In this document: piece after piece, positions 8,567 to 18,376 of the stretch
How positions within the stretch are numbered: position 1 is the first letter of the stretch
How the letters are laid out: each line of letters starts with the position of its first letter
Sequence record: SRR20825010_6282
Strand: one strand, 5' to 3'
Length of the DNA stretch: 30,115 nt
Made by a program: the position numbers and the translations under genes
The notes under the pieces: model-generated
Told to the model about the DNA's origin: nothing
Databases searched by the model: none
Seen by the model: the letters and a program-made list of their open reading frames with translations, nothing else

Positions 8567-9940
8567 ATGTCTATTGTTTTAATTCCGGGCGGTATACCTT
8601 TAACTACTAAAGTACATAACCTGCTCTCTGCGGATGATTTGGTATTTATAGATAATTGGTTCTATTCTGACTGGTCAAATAAAGGGCAATTCAAGTTGAT
8701 GATTAAAGATGTGCTTTATAATGAAATGAAGCTACCTAAGGTCAATCAAAGTGGGGTGACTGGTAGCTTAAATTATGAAGAGATGCTATCGTTTGTCTTT
8801 AACGATTACAACCTTTGGCATATCCTTGAGCGAAAGGATAATTTTGAAAGCCTATATGATTCAGATATTTTAGTGGAAAGATTAGCCGTTTTCGCCTTGT
8901 CTATTCTGAAGCAAAATGAAATTTGCAGGGTAATTATTTTTGAAACACCACATGCTCCATTCGATTATGTTTTTTGTAGAGTAGCAGAATATTTAAAAAT
9001 AGAAGTGAACGTAATTAAACAATCTGCAATTCCGTGGAGGAGTTTGATTACAAAAGGTATTCAAGGTAATGACCGCATTAAGTTGCCCTATGAAGGGGAT
9101 AGTTCCCACGATAGAAAATTATTGAACGATTATCTCCTCACCAAAACCACATCCTATGAAAGCGCGATACCAACCTATGAAAAGGAGAGGTATGATAAGT
9201 TCAAAGGGAAAATATGGAGTTGGAAAGTAGAACTGAATAAGGTGCTTATAAAAAGAGATAAAAACATCCCCATTTCTTTTCTAGAATCCAGATCAAAGTA
9301 TAAATCATATAGACGATATGTTGAATGTGAGGCAGCCTATGATTCTAACAAAAGAAACGTGGTATTCTTCCTTCATTATCAACCCGAAAGGACCACTTTA
9401 CCCGAAGGAGGTATTTTTAATCAGCAATTTCTTGCGATAAAGCAGCTGAGGCAGATTTTACCGAACGATGTTACTATATATGTGAAGGAGCACCCTTCCA
9501 CGTATAGAAATTTTTTCAAGTACAAGACACGGACTAAAAAGTTCTATGAGACGATTAGCGCTTTAACCAATGTTAAACTTGTTTCGATGGAGACAAATAC
9601 TTTTGAGTTAATAGATCATTCGTTATTTGTGGCCACCATTACAGGCACCGTTGCAATTGAAGCGGCATGCAGAGGAAGAGTATCGGTTTATTTTGGTAAT
9701 TCAGTGTACCAGAACCTTCCTGGTACTATTCGTTTTAATGAATTATTAGGAAGTGCTACATTAATGGAAGCGGTCGTAAATCAAAAGCACGATTTTGAGT
9801 TTTCTGATGTGGAAGAATACTTTTGCGAATTGCTTCATTATAGTGCTGGTAATTTAAGTAGTAATAAGGAATATTATTCGGGAAATGATTACTATAATTC
9901 AGCCGCCAGTTGTCTCGCGTATTTGTTGCTCAACAGATAA
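8567..9940 (+). CDS. KpsS/capsule-synthesis-family protein; candidate CMP-nonulosonate (pseudaminyl) transferase
   Basis: FFLHYQPE, YVKEHP, TITGTVAIEAACRG...VYFG motifs resemble the KpsS/KpsC-like family; directly after pseI. ATG 8567 preferred because 8498 overlaps pseI by 53 bp. Confidence 0.7.
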   Translation: MSIVLIPGGIPLTTKVHNLLSADDLVFIDNWFYSDWSNKGQFKLMIKDVLYNEMKLPKVNQSGVTGSLNYEEMLSFVFNDYNLWHILERKDNFESLYDSDILVERLAVFALSILKQNEICRVIIFETPHAPFDYVFCRVAEYLKIEVNVIKQSAIPWRSLITKGIQGNDRIKLPYEGDSSHDRKLLNDYLLTKTTSYESAIPTYEKERYDKFKGKIWSWKVELNKVLIKRDKNIPISFLESRSKYKSYRRYVECEAAYDSNKRNVVFFLHYQPERTTLPEGGIFNQQFLAIKQLRQILPNDVTIYVKEHPSTYRNFFKYKTRTKKFYETISALTNVKLVSMETNTFELIDHSLFVATITGTVAIEAACRGRVSVYFGNSVYQNLPGTIRFNELLGSATLMEAVVNQKHDFEFSDVEEYFCELLHYSAGNLSSNKEYYSGNDYYNSAASCLAYLLLNR

Positions 9941-9978
9941 AAATAATATTGATTAATGTCCATTCATATATTTCAAAT

Positions 9979-10788
9979 ATGACGGAAAACGAACCGTTTT
10001 TTTCAATTGTAACTTCCGTATATAATCGGTCACACAGTATAGTTCGAACTTTAGAATCGATTAGAATTCAGCAGAATATTGCCTATGAGGTGATTTTGGT
10101 TGACGATTGCTCAAGTGATGATAGTATTGATGTAATACGTAATTATATTTCGGAATATGACCTTCCGTGGCAGGTGGTAACTTCTGATATTAATCGTGGC
10201 TACCTTACGGCAGTCAATAAGGGCGTAAGTCTCTGTAAGGGAGGCTTTGTAATCCCGATGGATTCGGATGACTATTTCCCAGATGAAGATACTTGCCATG
10301 AGATGATGGAAATTATTTTATCCCATACAGGCCAAGAGCTATTCATGTTTAGGTGTATAACGGAAGACGGAGATAAGTTATCAAACAATCCAGAATTCAA
10401 TGGAGTGTTGTCATTTAAGGATTATTTTTCTAGAAAGGTGAGTGGCGAGTACTTGCCAGTTCCAAGCCTGAAATCCTTTAGGGAATCACCATTTAATGAA
10501 AAATTGAGACTAGGCTCGGGGTTGACATGGAGGAAAATAGCAGAAAGGACTGGTTCAGTATATATAAGCTCATTTGTAGCAAGGGTATATGATAATACCG
10601 GAGAAGATCGTTTGAGTCAGCCAGGTAAGGCCTATTTAGAGAATACACTCAAATACTGCTTGACAGATTTGAGGATGAACCTGCATAACTATCTGAAATA
10701 CGACATTAGGAGAGGATTTAAACTCTTAAAAAAGATTGTTAGCCTAAAAAAGCAACTGTTGAAGCTAAGCGCCAATAAGGGTAGTTAG
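9979..10788 (+). CDS. Glycosyltransferase family 2
   Basis: FSIVTSVYN, ILVDDCSSD, NRGYLTAVNKG, MDSDD (DxD). ATG 9979 preferred over TTG 9910. Confidence 0.88.
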   Translation: MTENEPFFSIVTSVYNRSHSIVRTLESIRIQQNIAYEVILVDDCSSDDSIDVIRNYISEYDLPWQVVTSDINRGYLTAVNKGVSLCKGGFVIPMDSDDYFPDEDTCHEMMEIILSHTGQELFMFRCITEDGDKLSNNPEFNGVLSFKDYFSRKVSGEYLPVPSLKSFRESPFNEKLRLGSGLTWRKIAERTGSVYISSFVARVYDNTGEDRLSQPGKAYLENTLKYCLTDLRMNLHNYLKYDIRRGFKLLKKIVSLKKQLLKLSANKGS

Positions 10789-10834
10789 GTTAGATTTCAT
10801 TGTCGTTTTGTGAAAAAAGTAAACAGTAGATTGA

Positions 10835-11665
10835 GTGAGTTTTAGCCAAGAAATAATACAAGGGAAGCGTTTTGAGTTTGGAAAGAACTGGAACTCATTT
10901 CTAAAGACATTGGATGATAAGCGAATAGAAGTAGCTATAGATTCATTGAAAGAAATGCTAGAGGTTGAAGATTTGGCTGGGAAGAAATTTCTTGACATTG
11001 GTAGCGGAAGTGGCCTTTTTTCTTTGGCAGCGAAAAAACTAGGAGCTGAAGTGTACTCTTTCGACTTTGATACGGATTCTGTAGGCTGTACAAAATATTT
11101 AAGGGATACTTATTTCCCTGAATCGAATTGGATAGTAGAAGAAGGTTCTGTTTTGGATGTTGACTATGTTAAATCTCTAGGACAGTTTGATGTTGTATAT
11201 TCTTGGGGAGTATTACACCATACTGGTCATATGTACAAGGCGCTTGATAATGCTGCACTTCCAGTTAAGAATGGAGGTAAACTTTTTATTGCCATTTATA
11301 ATGATGAGGGAGCTAAATCTAGGGTTTGGAAGAAGTTAAAAAGACTATATGTCAAATCTACAGCAGGAAAGTACCTCACTATTATGTTATATACGCCTTA
11401 CTATTTACTCAAGAACTTCCTCATGGATATTTTTTATTTAAGAAAGGCTCCATTGGTTAGGTACAGAGATTTTAAGAAGAAGAGAGGAATGTCTTGGAGA
11501 CATGATTTATTGGATTGGTTAGGTGGATACCCTTTTGAAGTAGCCCGTATTCCAGAAATTTTTAATTTTTATAAAAAGAGGGGCTTTGTAATGAATGTAG
11601 TCACTGCCAAGAAGGGCAAGGGCTGCAATCAATTTGTTTTCACAAAAGAAGAGCTTAATAAATAG
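10835..11665 (+). CDS. Class I SAM-dependent methyltransferase (UbiG-like, polysaccharide-locus type)
   Basis: FLDIGSGSG, FDVVYSWGVLHHTG, VKNGGKLFIAIYN, DWLGGYPFE; GTG start. Confidence 0.85.
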   Translation: MSFSQEIIQGKRFEFGKNWNSFLKTLDDKRIEVAIDSLKEMLEVEDLAGKKFLDIGSGSGLFSLAAKKLGAEVYSFDFDTDSVGCTKYLRDTYFPESNWIVEEGSVLDVDYVKSLGQFDVVYSWGVLHHTGHMYKALDNAALPVKNGGKLFIAIYNDEGAKSRVWKKLKRLYVKSTAGKYLTIMLYTPYYLLKNFLMDIFYLRKAPLVRYRDFKKKRGMSWRHDLLDWLGGYPFEVARIPEIFNFYKKRGFVMNVVTAKKGKGCNQFVFTKEELNK

Positions 11666-11682
11666 GTGTCGAAGCCATTTTC

Positions 11683-13575
11683 ATGTGTGGTATAGCCGGT
11701 TTTATAGATTTTTCTCATAACTCTTCAAAAGAGCAGCTCGTAGCGATGACAGATGTCTTGACGCATCGAGGACCCGATGCTAGTGGTTATGAGTATGCTC
11801 AGAACGAATTCTATCAATTGGGCTTTGGACACAGAAGACTATCAATTTTAGATTTGAGTGAAAATGGGCACCAACCGATGTACTCACCCGATGGCCAGTA
11901 TGCCATTGTGTTCAATGGAGAAGTGTACAATTTCCCTGAAATTCGGTCATGGCTACACGCTAAGGGCTACCGTTTTAAATCAAATTCGGATACAGAAGTA
12001 ATTCTCTATGCACTAATTGAAGAAGGCATTAAGGCCATCGATAGGTTTATAGGGATGTTTTCTATTGCTTTTGTGGATAAAGTAAAACAAGAGTTGTCCC
12101 TAATTAGGGATAGGGTAGGTGTTAAACCACTTTATTATTCTTGGGACAGTAAAACCCTACTTTTTGCGTCCGAAACTAGGGCTTTTCACAAGCATCCGAG
12201 CTTCAAAAAGAACCTGAATCCACGGTCAATCGCTAGTTACTTGGATTTTGATTATATCAAAGGTGGCGGATCTATCTTTGAATCTGTCAACTCGGTAAAA
12301 CCGGGACACTACGTTAAATTAGATTTGACTACGAAGGACATAACAGAATGTGAATATTGGTCTATTGATGACTCTTTTCAAAATGAAAATCAGACGGCTG
12401 ATCTAACAAAAACCATCGATGATTTGGATGATCTTTTAGTGGATGCATGCAAATTAAGAATGGTTTCAGATGTGCCTGTTGGTGTTTTTCTGAGTGGAGG
12501 GCTAGATAGTACAACTGTAGCAGCGATTCTTCAGAAACATCATTCCTCTACCATTTCTACCTTTACAATTGGCTTTGATGAGAAAGAGTTTAATGAGGCA
12601 GAAAAGGCGAAAGCCATAGCCAAATATTTAGGTACCGACCATCATGAGTTGTATTGTTCTGAAAATGAGTTGCTTGATATATTTCCTCGACTTCCAGAAA
12701 TATACGATGAGCCTTTTGCCGATAAATCGGCAATCCCAACTACTCTGGTGAGCGAATTTGCAAGGAAGCACGTTACAGTAGCCCTTTCTGCAGACGGGGG
12801 AGATGAGGTGTTTGCAGGCTATAATAAATATTCAAACGTTCTTGATCGTTACGCTCAAATTGCTGGACAAAGTGATTTTTTTAGGCGTGGAAAAAAGGAA
12901 ACCTATAAATTGCTCCATGAGTTGGCCTCATCTTTATCGGGGTCGCAATCAAAGGTGGCATTAAAGACCTTTTCCGAACTCAAGTACTTAGGGCAGTTTC
13001 CAGATGTTGTAGAAATGATGATTTCTAGCACTCAGAATTTCGGAAAGAGAGATTTGGAAAAACTGCTATCTACATACAAGGAAATCCATATAAGGAATAA
13101 TGTCATTCTGAATAGAGACCATTTGACTCAAATCCAAGCTTACGATTTCAAGGATTACCTACCCGATGATATTCTAATCAAGTTGGATAGAGCAGCGATG
13201 AGTGTGAGTCTTGAAGGACGTGAGCCTTTGTTGGACCATAGAATTGCGGAATTTGCAGCTAGGTTACCAAGTGATTTCAAAATAAGAGATGGGGTTAAAA
13301 AATACATATTAGCCGAAGTAAATGCCAAATATATTCCACGCAACCTTACTGAAGGGCCTAAGAAGGGTTTCGCTATTCCAAAGAAGAAATGGATGCATAT
13401 GCACTTAAAAGACCATGTAATGACCTATCTAAGTGATGTCAAGGTTAAAGATTCGGGAGTTTTTGATTTGAACTATGTTCGCGGATTAAGAAAGCAATAT
13501 GAAAGGGGTTATTCGAATAATAGAGTTTGGAACATAATGCTCTTTCAAATGTGGCACGAACGATGGATGAAGTGA
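11683..13575 (+). CDS. asnB: Asparagine synthase (glutamine-hydrolysing)-like amidotransferase, probably sugar-amidating
   Basis: MCGIAG (Ntn Cys), HRGPD, HRRLSILDL, FNGEVYN, RDRVGVKPLYY, LSGGLDS, SADGGDE, LEGREPLLD. Confidence 0.92.
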   Translation: MCGIAGFIDFSHNSSKEQLVAMTDVLTHRGPDASGYEYAQNEFYQLGFGHRRLSILDLSENGHQPMYSPDGQYAIVFNGEVYNFPEIRSWLHAKGYRFKSNSDTEVILYALIEEGIKAIDRFIGMFSIAFVDKVKQELSLIRDRVGVKPLYYSWDSKTLLFASETRAFHKHPSFKKNLNPRSIASYLDFDYIKGGGSIFESVNSVKPGHYVKLDLTTKDITECEYWSIDDSFQNENQTADLTKTIDDLDDLLVDACKLRMVSDVPVGVFLSGGLDSTTVAAILQKHHSSTISTFTIGFDEKEFNEAEKAKAIAKYLGTDHHELYCSENELLDIFPRLPEIYDEPFADKSAIPTTLVSEFARKHVTVALSADGGDEVFAGYNKYSNVLDRYAQIAGQSDFFRRGKKETYKLLHELASSLSGSQSKVALKTFSELKYLGQFPDVVEMMISSTQNFGKRDLEKLLSTYKEIHIRNNVILNRDHLTQIQAYDFKDYLPDDILIKLDRAAMSVSLEGREPLLDHRIAEFAARLPSDFKIRDGVKKYILAEVNAKYIPRNLTEGPKKGFAIPKKKWMHMHLKDHVMTYLSDVKVKDSGVFDLNYVRGLRKQYERGYSNNRVWNIMLFQMWHERWMK

Positions 13576-13589
13576 ACGGATTCAAATAA

Positions 13590-14660
13590 ATGAAAGTCGT
13601 AATTATCAATGCTCATTATACTCACACCTTGGGTGGCTCAGAAATCCAGTGTCATCAAATCGCTTATGGACTAACTGAATGGGGTATTGATTTAACCTAT
13701 TTGGCAGTAGGTGGATATGATCATTCTATAGATTTGCCCTATAAAGTTATTGCCATAGAAAAGAATTCAAAATCAATCGCTAAAGCTTGTAGGGAGCTCC
13801 AAACGGATGTTATTTATTGGCGATTCAATAAGAACTTACTTGCTCCTGTTATTAAAGAGGTCAAGCCATTTAATATGCAACTGATTTTCTCTGTAAGCCA
13901 TATTCATGATTTAAAACCTTTTGCCTACAAACCTATTCCCAACCTGAGTGTTTTTGGTCGGTTGAAAAGAAGAATAGGGCATTTAATTAAAGGGCTTAAG
14001 TTTCAAAGTGCCTTTAAGAAAATTGATGGGGTTGTTTGTAATAACGAAGAACATTTGAGCTATATCACCCACACGAATAAAATCTATATTCCTAACTCTC
14101 CTTTTTTGGAGTTTGAAGAATTTTCATGGCCCAAACCTTATGTTGTTTGGGTTGGGAATATCAAGGCCCATAAACACCCTGAGTTATTCATTGATTTAGC
14201 TAAATCGTTTAATGGGCAGGGAATTGATTTCTTAATGGTGGGAGATATCCAGCAACAGGCATATGAATACCTAAACACATCCAAAGAATTACCCGGTAAT
14301 TTTCATTATCTAGGGCCTAAGAGAATATTTGAGACCAATGGGGTAATCAAATCTTCATTGTTTTTGATACATACCTGTGAACCCGAGGGATTTCCCAATG
14401 TGTTTTTGCAAGCTTGGGGGTTTGAAAAGCCTGTGATTTCTGCTTTTTTCGATCCTGGGTCAATGATTGAAAAACATGATGTAGGTAGGATTTCTAACGG
14501 TCTTGGCAAACTCTACACCGATGTCGAAGACTTGATTGAAGATGAACAATTACGCAATGAAATAGGGTTAAGGGCACGTGATTTAATTGTTAGAGAATTT
14601 ATTAGAGCGAGCAACGTAAAGAAGCTTCTAGGATTTATAAAGCAAAGCCAGCACTCTTAG
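13590..14660 (+). CDS. Glycosyltransferase family 4
   Basis: GGSEIQ N-terminal motif, WVGNIKAHKHPE, EGFPNVFLQAW (ExF/G...E/Q). Confidence 0.85.
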   Translation: MKVVIINAHYTHTLGGSEIQCHQIAYGLTEWGIDLTYLAVGGYDHSIDLPYKVIAIEKNSKSIAKACRELQTDVIYWRFNKNLLAPVIKEVKPFNMQLIFSVSHIHDLKPFAYKPIPNLSVFGRLKRRIGHLIKGLKFQSAFKKIDGVVCNNEEHLSYITHTNKIYIPNSPFLEFEEFSWPKPYVVWVGNIKAHKHPELFIDLAKSFNGQGIDFLMVGDIQQQAYEYLNTSKELPGNFHYLGPKRIFETNGVIKSSLFLIHTCEPEGFPNVFLQAWGFEKPVISAFFDPGSMIEKHDVGRISNGLGKLYTDVEDLIEDEQLRNEIGLRARDLIVREFIRASNVKKLLGFIKQSQHS

Positions 14661-14664
14661 AATA

Positions 14665-15813
14665 ATGAAAATCACCTACCTATCAGATTCAGCAATACCT
14701 TCAAAAAGAGCAAATAGTGTTCATGTAATGCATATGTGCAATGCATTCAGGGAGTTGGGGCATGAAGTTACCCTTTTCGGGCTTAAAGGGGATAATGCCA
14801 CTTTTGAAGAAACAATGAGTTGGTATGGGGTGTCTGGTTTTGATATTGAGCTTACAGCGCTAAGAATTCCAAAGCTTACACTTTGGTTACACGCGAAAAA
14901 TATGCTGCGTGCGGTAAAGAAGATACAACCGAATCTGATTTTCGGAAGATCACTTTACGGTTGTTACTTATTGGCTAGGAAGGGTTATAAGGTGTGTTTT
15001 GAAACGCACGACCCAATAAATGCATTCACAAAACAACAAGTAAAAATCTTCAATGGGCTTTTAAAATCCCCTAACTTGATTGGGCTTGTGGTGATTAGTG
15101 AGGCTTTGAAGAAAATCATACTGAGTCAAACAAAACTTATAAGCGAGGATCGAATTTTTGTGGCGCATGATGGCGCCACATTACAAAAAAACAATAATGA
15201 AGAGTTAGAGTCTTACCCTTGGCCGACTCAAGTGAATGGAAGGTTACAGATTGGCTATGTTGGTACAATTTCTAAAGGCCGTGGAATTGAATTGATTATT
15301 TCTCTGGCTGTGAAATTTAATGATTTGGATTTCCACATCATTGGAGGAAGAAAGGAAGACCTCTTAGGGATAGGTTTACAAGAGGTTGGCGAATTGAACA
15401 ACGTCTTTTTTCATGGCTTTGTGTCTCCCAGAGAAGCGGCAATGACCCGGAAAAAATGTGATGTTCTGCTAGCGCCTTATCAAGAGAATGTCACAATAAG
15501 AAGCGGGAAGAATACCGCTAAGTATATGTCTCCACTAAAGGTTTTTGAATATATGGAATCAGGTAAAGCCATCATAGCCTCGGATTTGCCGGTATTGAGG
15601 GAAGTGTTAGTGAATATGGACAATAGCATTTTATGTAATCCATCAGAAATAGAAGCTTGGCAAAAAGCTATCTCCCTTTTGGCTAACAATGAAAAGATCA
15701 GATTAGAACTTGGTTCAAAGGCCCAAACCCAGTTGATTAACAACTATTCTTGGAAAAAAAGGGCCGAACGAGTTAATTTATTTATTAGCGGAAAAAGTAG
15801 TTCTCTTAGTTAA
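14665..15813 (+). CDS. Glycosyltransferase family 4
   Basis: ANSVHVMHMCNAF, GYVGTISKGRG, SPLKVFEYMESGKAIIASD. Confidence 0.88.
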   Translation: MKITYLSDSAIPSKRANSVHVMHMCNAFRELGHEVTLFGLKGDNATFEETMSWYGVSGFDIELTALRIPKLTLWLHAKNMLRAVKKIQPNLIFGRSLYGCYLLARKGYKVCFETHDPINAFTKQQVKIFNGLLKSPNLIGLVVISEALKKIILSQTKLISEDRIFVAHDGATLQKNNNEELESYPWPTQVNGRLQIGYVGTISKGRGIELIISLAVKFNDLDFHIIGGRKEDLLGIGLQEVGELNNVFFHGFVSPREAAMTRKKCDVLLAPYQENVTIRSGKNTAKYMSPLKVFEYMESGKAIIASDLPVLREVLVNMDNSILCNPSEIEAWQKAISLLANNEKIRLELGSKAQTQLINNYSWKKRAERVNLFISGKSSSLS

Positions 15814-15844
15814 AGTCACATTTTCGAATTAAAATTATTTCAGC

Positions 15845-16600
15845 ATGAAGTTGTTAATGAGTCTTTACAGGCATGTACTCATTTTCGGGAGATCTGGTTT
15901 TCTGGTCTTTTGGAAAGTTAAAAATAAGCGTACAGACGAGATTAAAATAACGAAGGTTCGAACTCCAGTAAGCCTGAGAAGTGGAACAAGTGATGTACCA
16001 TTATTTTACGAGATTTTCTGGAAAGATGAATATGACTTTAACTTACCTTTTGACCCAGTGAATATAATTGATGCAGGTGCGAATATAGGTCTAGCAGCAC
16101 TCTTTTTTGCTAATAAATACCCCAATACCAAAATAGTTTCAATTGAGCCTGAGAAATCGAATTTTGATTTGATGAGTATCAATATAAAGGATTATCCAAA
16201 TATTATTCCACTAAGAAAAGGCCTTTCAAACTTGAGCAATCAAAAGATTGAAGTTCATGAAAGTGATAAAGGCAAATGGGGATTTACTACGGGATTAGTT
16301 TCAGACTCTTTAGTAGGTGATGAGCGAGTTATGTCGACAATCTCAATTGACGATATAATGGAGATGTATGATTTCCCTTACCTAGATATTGTTAAGATAG
16401 ACATTGAAGGAGCCGAGAAAGAGGTATTTGAATCGAATTATGAAAATTGGTTGCCTAAGACTCGTTGTCTCGTGATAGAGTTACATGATAGGTTACAGCT
16501 GGGTTGTTCAAAGAATTTCTTCAACGCCATAGGCGGATACAATTTTAGTTTATCACAGAAGGGAGAGAATTTAATTTTAATAAATCAAGATTTACTTTAG
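15845..16600 (+). CDS. FkbM-family methyltransferase
   Basis: IIDAGANIG, SIEPEKSNF, IVKIDIEGAE, IELH. Confidence 0.9.
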   Translation: MKLLMSLYRHVLIFGRSGFLVFWKVKNKRTDEIKITKVRTPVSLRSGTSDVPLFYEIFWKDEYDFNLPFDPVNIIDAGANIGLAALFFANKYPNTKIVSIEPEKSNFDLMSINIKDYPNIIPLRKGLSNLSNQKIEVHESDKGKWGFTTGLVSDSLVGDERVMSTISIDDIMEMYDFPYLDIVKIDIEGAEKEVFESNYENWLPKTRCLVIELHDRLQLGCSKNFFNAIGGYNFSLSQKGENLILINQDLL

Positions 16601-16652
16601 TGTAGCTCAAATCGTACTTATTTAGAAATTAGATAGATTTAAATTTACCACA

Positions 16653-16670
16653 ATACAGTATATACTGTAT
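16653..16670. promoter_or_regulatory. Perfect 18-bp palindrome in a 110-bp intergenic gap; candidate operator
   Basis: ATACAGTATATACTGTAT equals its own reverse complement and ends 40 bp upstream of the ATG at 16711. Function is inferred only. Confidence 0.4.
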
Positions 16671-16710
16671 GAGGATATGATTTTGAATTTGAGTATAAAT
16701 AACTTCCACA

Positions 16711-17460
16711 ATGAATGTAGCCATAATCACTGCCCGTGCGGGCAGTAAATCCATCATCAATAAGAATATTTTAGAGGTAAAGGGTAAACCCCTGATCTAC
16801 TACCCAATTAAGGCATCGTTGGATGCGCTTAAAATTGACAAAGTTTTTGTATCAACCGATGGTGAGGGCATAGCTGAGGCCGCAGAGAAATATGGGGCTA
16901 CCGTTATTCCTCGTCCAGATGAATTGGGGGGCGACAGTATTAATCATGGCGAGGTCATCAAGCATGCAGTGGAATGGGTAGATCAACGTTATGAAAACCT
17001 TGAGAATGTGGTTTTACTGCTTGGGAATACGGTTTATATTGATGGTGGTATCATTGATAAATGCCTCCAGAAACTCGATGATGAGAAGAACCTCGATTCC
17101 TGCATGACCGTCTGGGAAGCACAGGATGATCACCCACTAAGGGCAATGGAAATTGCGGAAAATGGTCTTTTAAGGCCTTATGGCAACGTAGAGCGTAATG
17201 TGTCAACAGAAAGGCAGTCTTATCAAAAAGCCTATTATTACGATCAAGGAGTATGGGCTTTTAGGAAATATACAGTTCAAAGCCATGATGGACCGAATCC
17301 GTGGTGGTGGATGGGTAAAAATTCGGCTCCTATTATTCGTACCTGGGTTACGGGTCGTGATATCCATACCTATTTCGATGTAGGGATTAGTGAATGGTGG
17401 CTTGAAGGATTGGATAAAATAAAGGAAGTACTGAGTAAATCTTCCGAAGATGGCTTATAG
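16711..17460 (+). CDS. Acylneuraminate/Kdo-type cytidylyltransferase (divergent NeuA-like)
   Basis: IITARAGSKSIINKN, VSTD, RPDELGGD; the usual LQPTSPLR is replaced by LLGNTVYI. Confidence 0.8.
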   Translation: MNVAIITARAGSKSIINKNILEVKGKPLIYYPIKASLDALKIDKVFVSTDGEGIAEAAEKYGATVIPRPDELGGDSINHGEVIKHAVEWVDQRYENLENVVLLLGNTVYIDGGIIDKCLQKLDDEKNLDSCMTVWEAQDDHPLRAMEIAENGLLRPYGNVERNVSTERQSYQKAYYYDQGVWAFRKYTVQSHDGPNPWWWMGKNSAPIIRTWVTGRDIHTYFDVGISEWWLEGLDKIKEVLSKSSEDGL

Positions 17461-18376
17461 AATACTAACTACAACTTCTTCTTTCGGTAAAGTAGACCCA
17501 GCTCCTTTGGCCTTACTCAAAGCGAAGGGTTTTGAGGTAACAGTGAATCCTTATGGCAGAAAACTGTCTGAACAAGAATCAATAGAAATACTGAGTGACT
17601 ATGATGGTTTAATAGCTGGCACAGAATCGCTTAATGAAGAGGTGCTGAATGCCGCGAGAGACTTGAAATACCTGTGTAGGATGGGGGCAGGGATGGATAA
17701 TGTGGATTTCAATACAGCTAAAAGACTTAATATCACCGTTGAAAATACACCGAGTGCCCATGTAGATGGTGTCGCTGAGCTTACTCTTGGAGGTATTTTA
17801 TCTAGCCTGAGAAGTCTTGCTAACGCCCATACGAATATCACCAATGGTATTTGGGAAAAACCAATGGGCAGTTTGTTGAAGGGGAAAACGGTCGGTATTA
17901 TTGGCTTGGGGAGGGTCGGTTGCCGACTTGTTGAGTTACTTGCTCCTTTCAAAGTGAAGGTCTTGGCCTTTGATTTATATGAAAATCCTGAGTTTGCTGA
18001 AAAACAGAATGTAGCCTATGTAGCCATCGATGAATTGATCAGGGCATCAGATATTATCAGTATTCACACGCCTTTTTCACCGGAGGCCAAGCATATGGTC
18101 AGTACAGAGTTTTTCACCAAAGCTAAGAGGAACCTGTGTTTGGTGAACGCATCACGTGGCGGTTTGGTAAATGAGGATGCATTACTTGAGTTTTTGAATT
18201 CAAATCCCACGGCTTCTGCTTATCTTGATACTTTCGAAGTAGAGCCATACATAGGGCCTTTAAGTAAATTAAAGAACTGCACACTTACTCCTCATATTGG
18301 TTCTTACGCCAGTGAAGTAAGAATTAATATGGAAATGGAAGCTGCACAAAATGTGATTAAATTCTTTAAAAAATAA
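17450..18376 (+). CDS. D-isomer-specific 2-hydroxyacid dehydrogenase (phosphoglycerate dehydrogenase-like, no ACT domain)
   Basis: RMGAGMDNVD, VAELTLG, GIIGLGRVG, NASRGG (Arg), FEVEP (Glu), TPHIGS (His); only 308 aa. Confidence 0.88.
   Translation: MAYRILTTTSSFGKVDPAPLALLKAKGFEVTVNPYGRKLSEQESIEILSDYDGLIAGTESLNEEVLNAARDLKYLCRMGAGMDNVDFNTAKRLNITVENTPSAHVDGVAELTLGGILSSLRSLANAHTNITNGIWEKPMGSLLKGKTVGIIGLGRVGCRLVELLAPFKVKVLAFDLYENPEFAEKQNVAYVAIDELIRASDIISIHTPFSPEAKHMVSTEFFTKAKRNLCLVNASRGGLVNEDALLEFLNSNPTASAYLDTFEVEPYIGPLSKLKNCTLTPHIGSYASEVRINMEMEAAQNVIKFFKK

Noticed and set aside
2388-9978. Longer ORF-track starts at 2388 (TTG), 8498 (ATG) and 9910 (TTG)
   Set aside because: They create long overlaps with upstream genes; downstream ATGs at 2409, 8567 and 9979 fit the domain starts better.
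11683-13575. Lasso-peptide cyclase or housekeeping asparagine synthesis role for asnB
   Set aside because: Intact N-terminal glutaminase domain (MCGI), no precursor peptide or B protein nearby, and flanked by glycan genes.
16653-16670. LexA/SOS box
   Set aside because: The CTGT/ACAG half-sites are in the opposite order to the proteobacterial CTGT-N8-ACAG box, and the host appears to be Bacteroidota.
17450-18376. Annotation as housekeeping serA
   Set aside because: Lacks the C-terminal regulatory domain and overlaps sugar-nucleotide genes on both sides.
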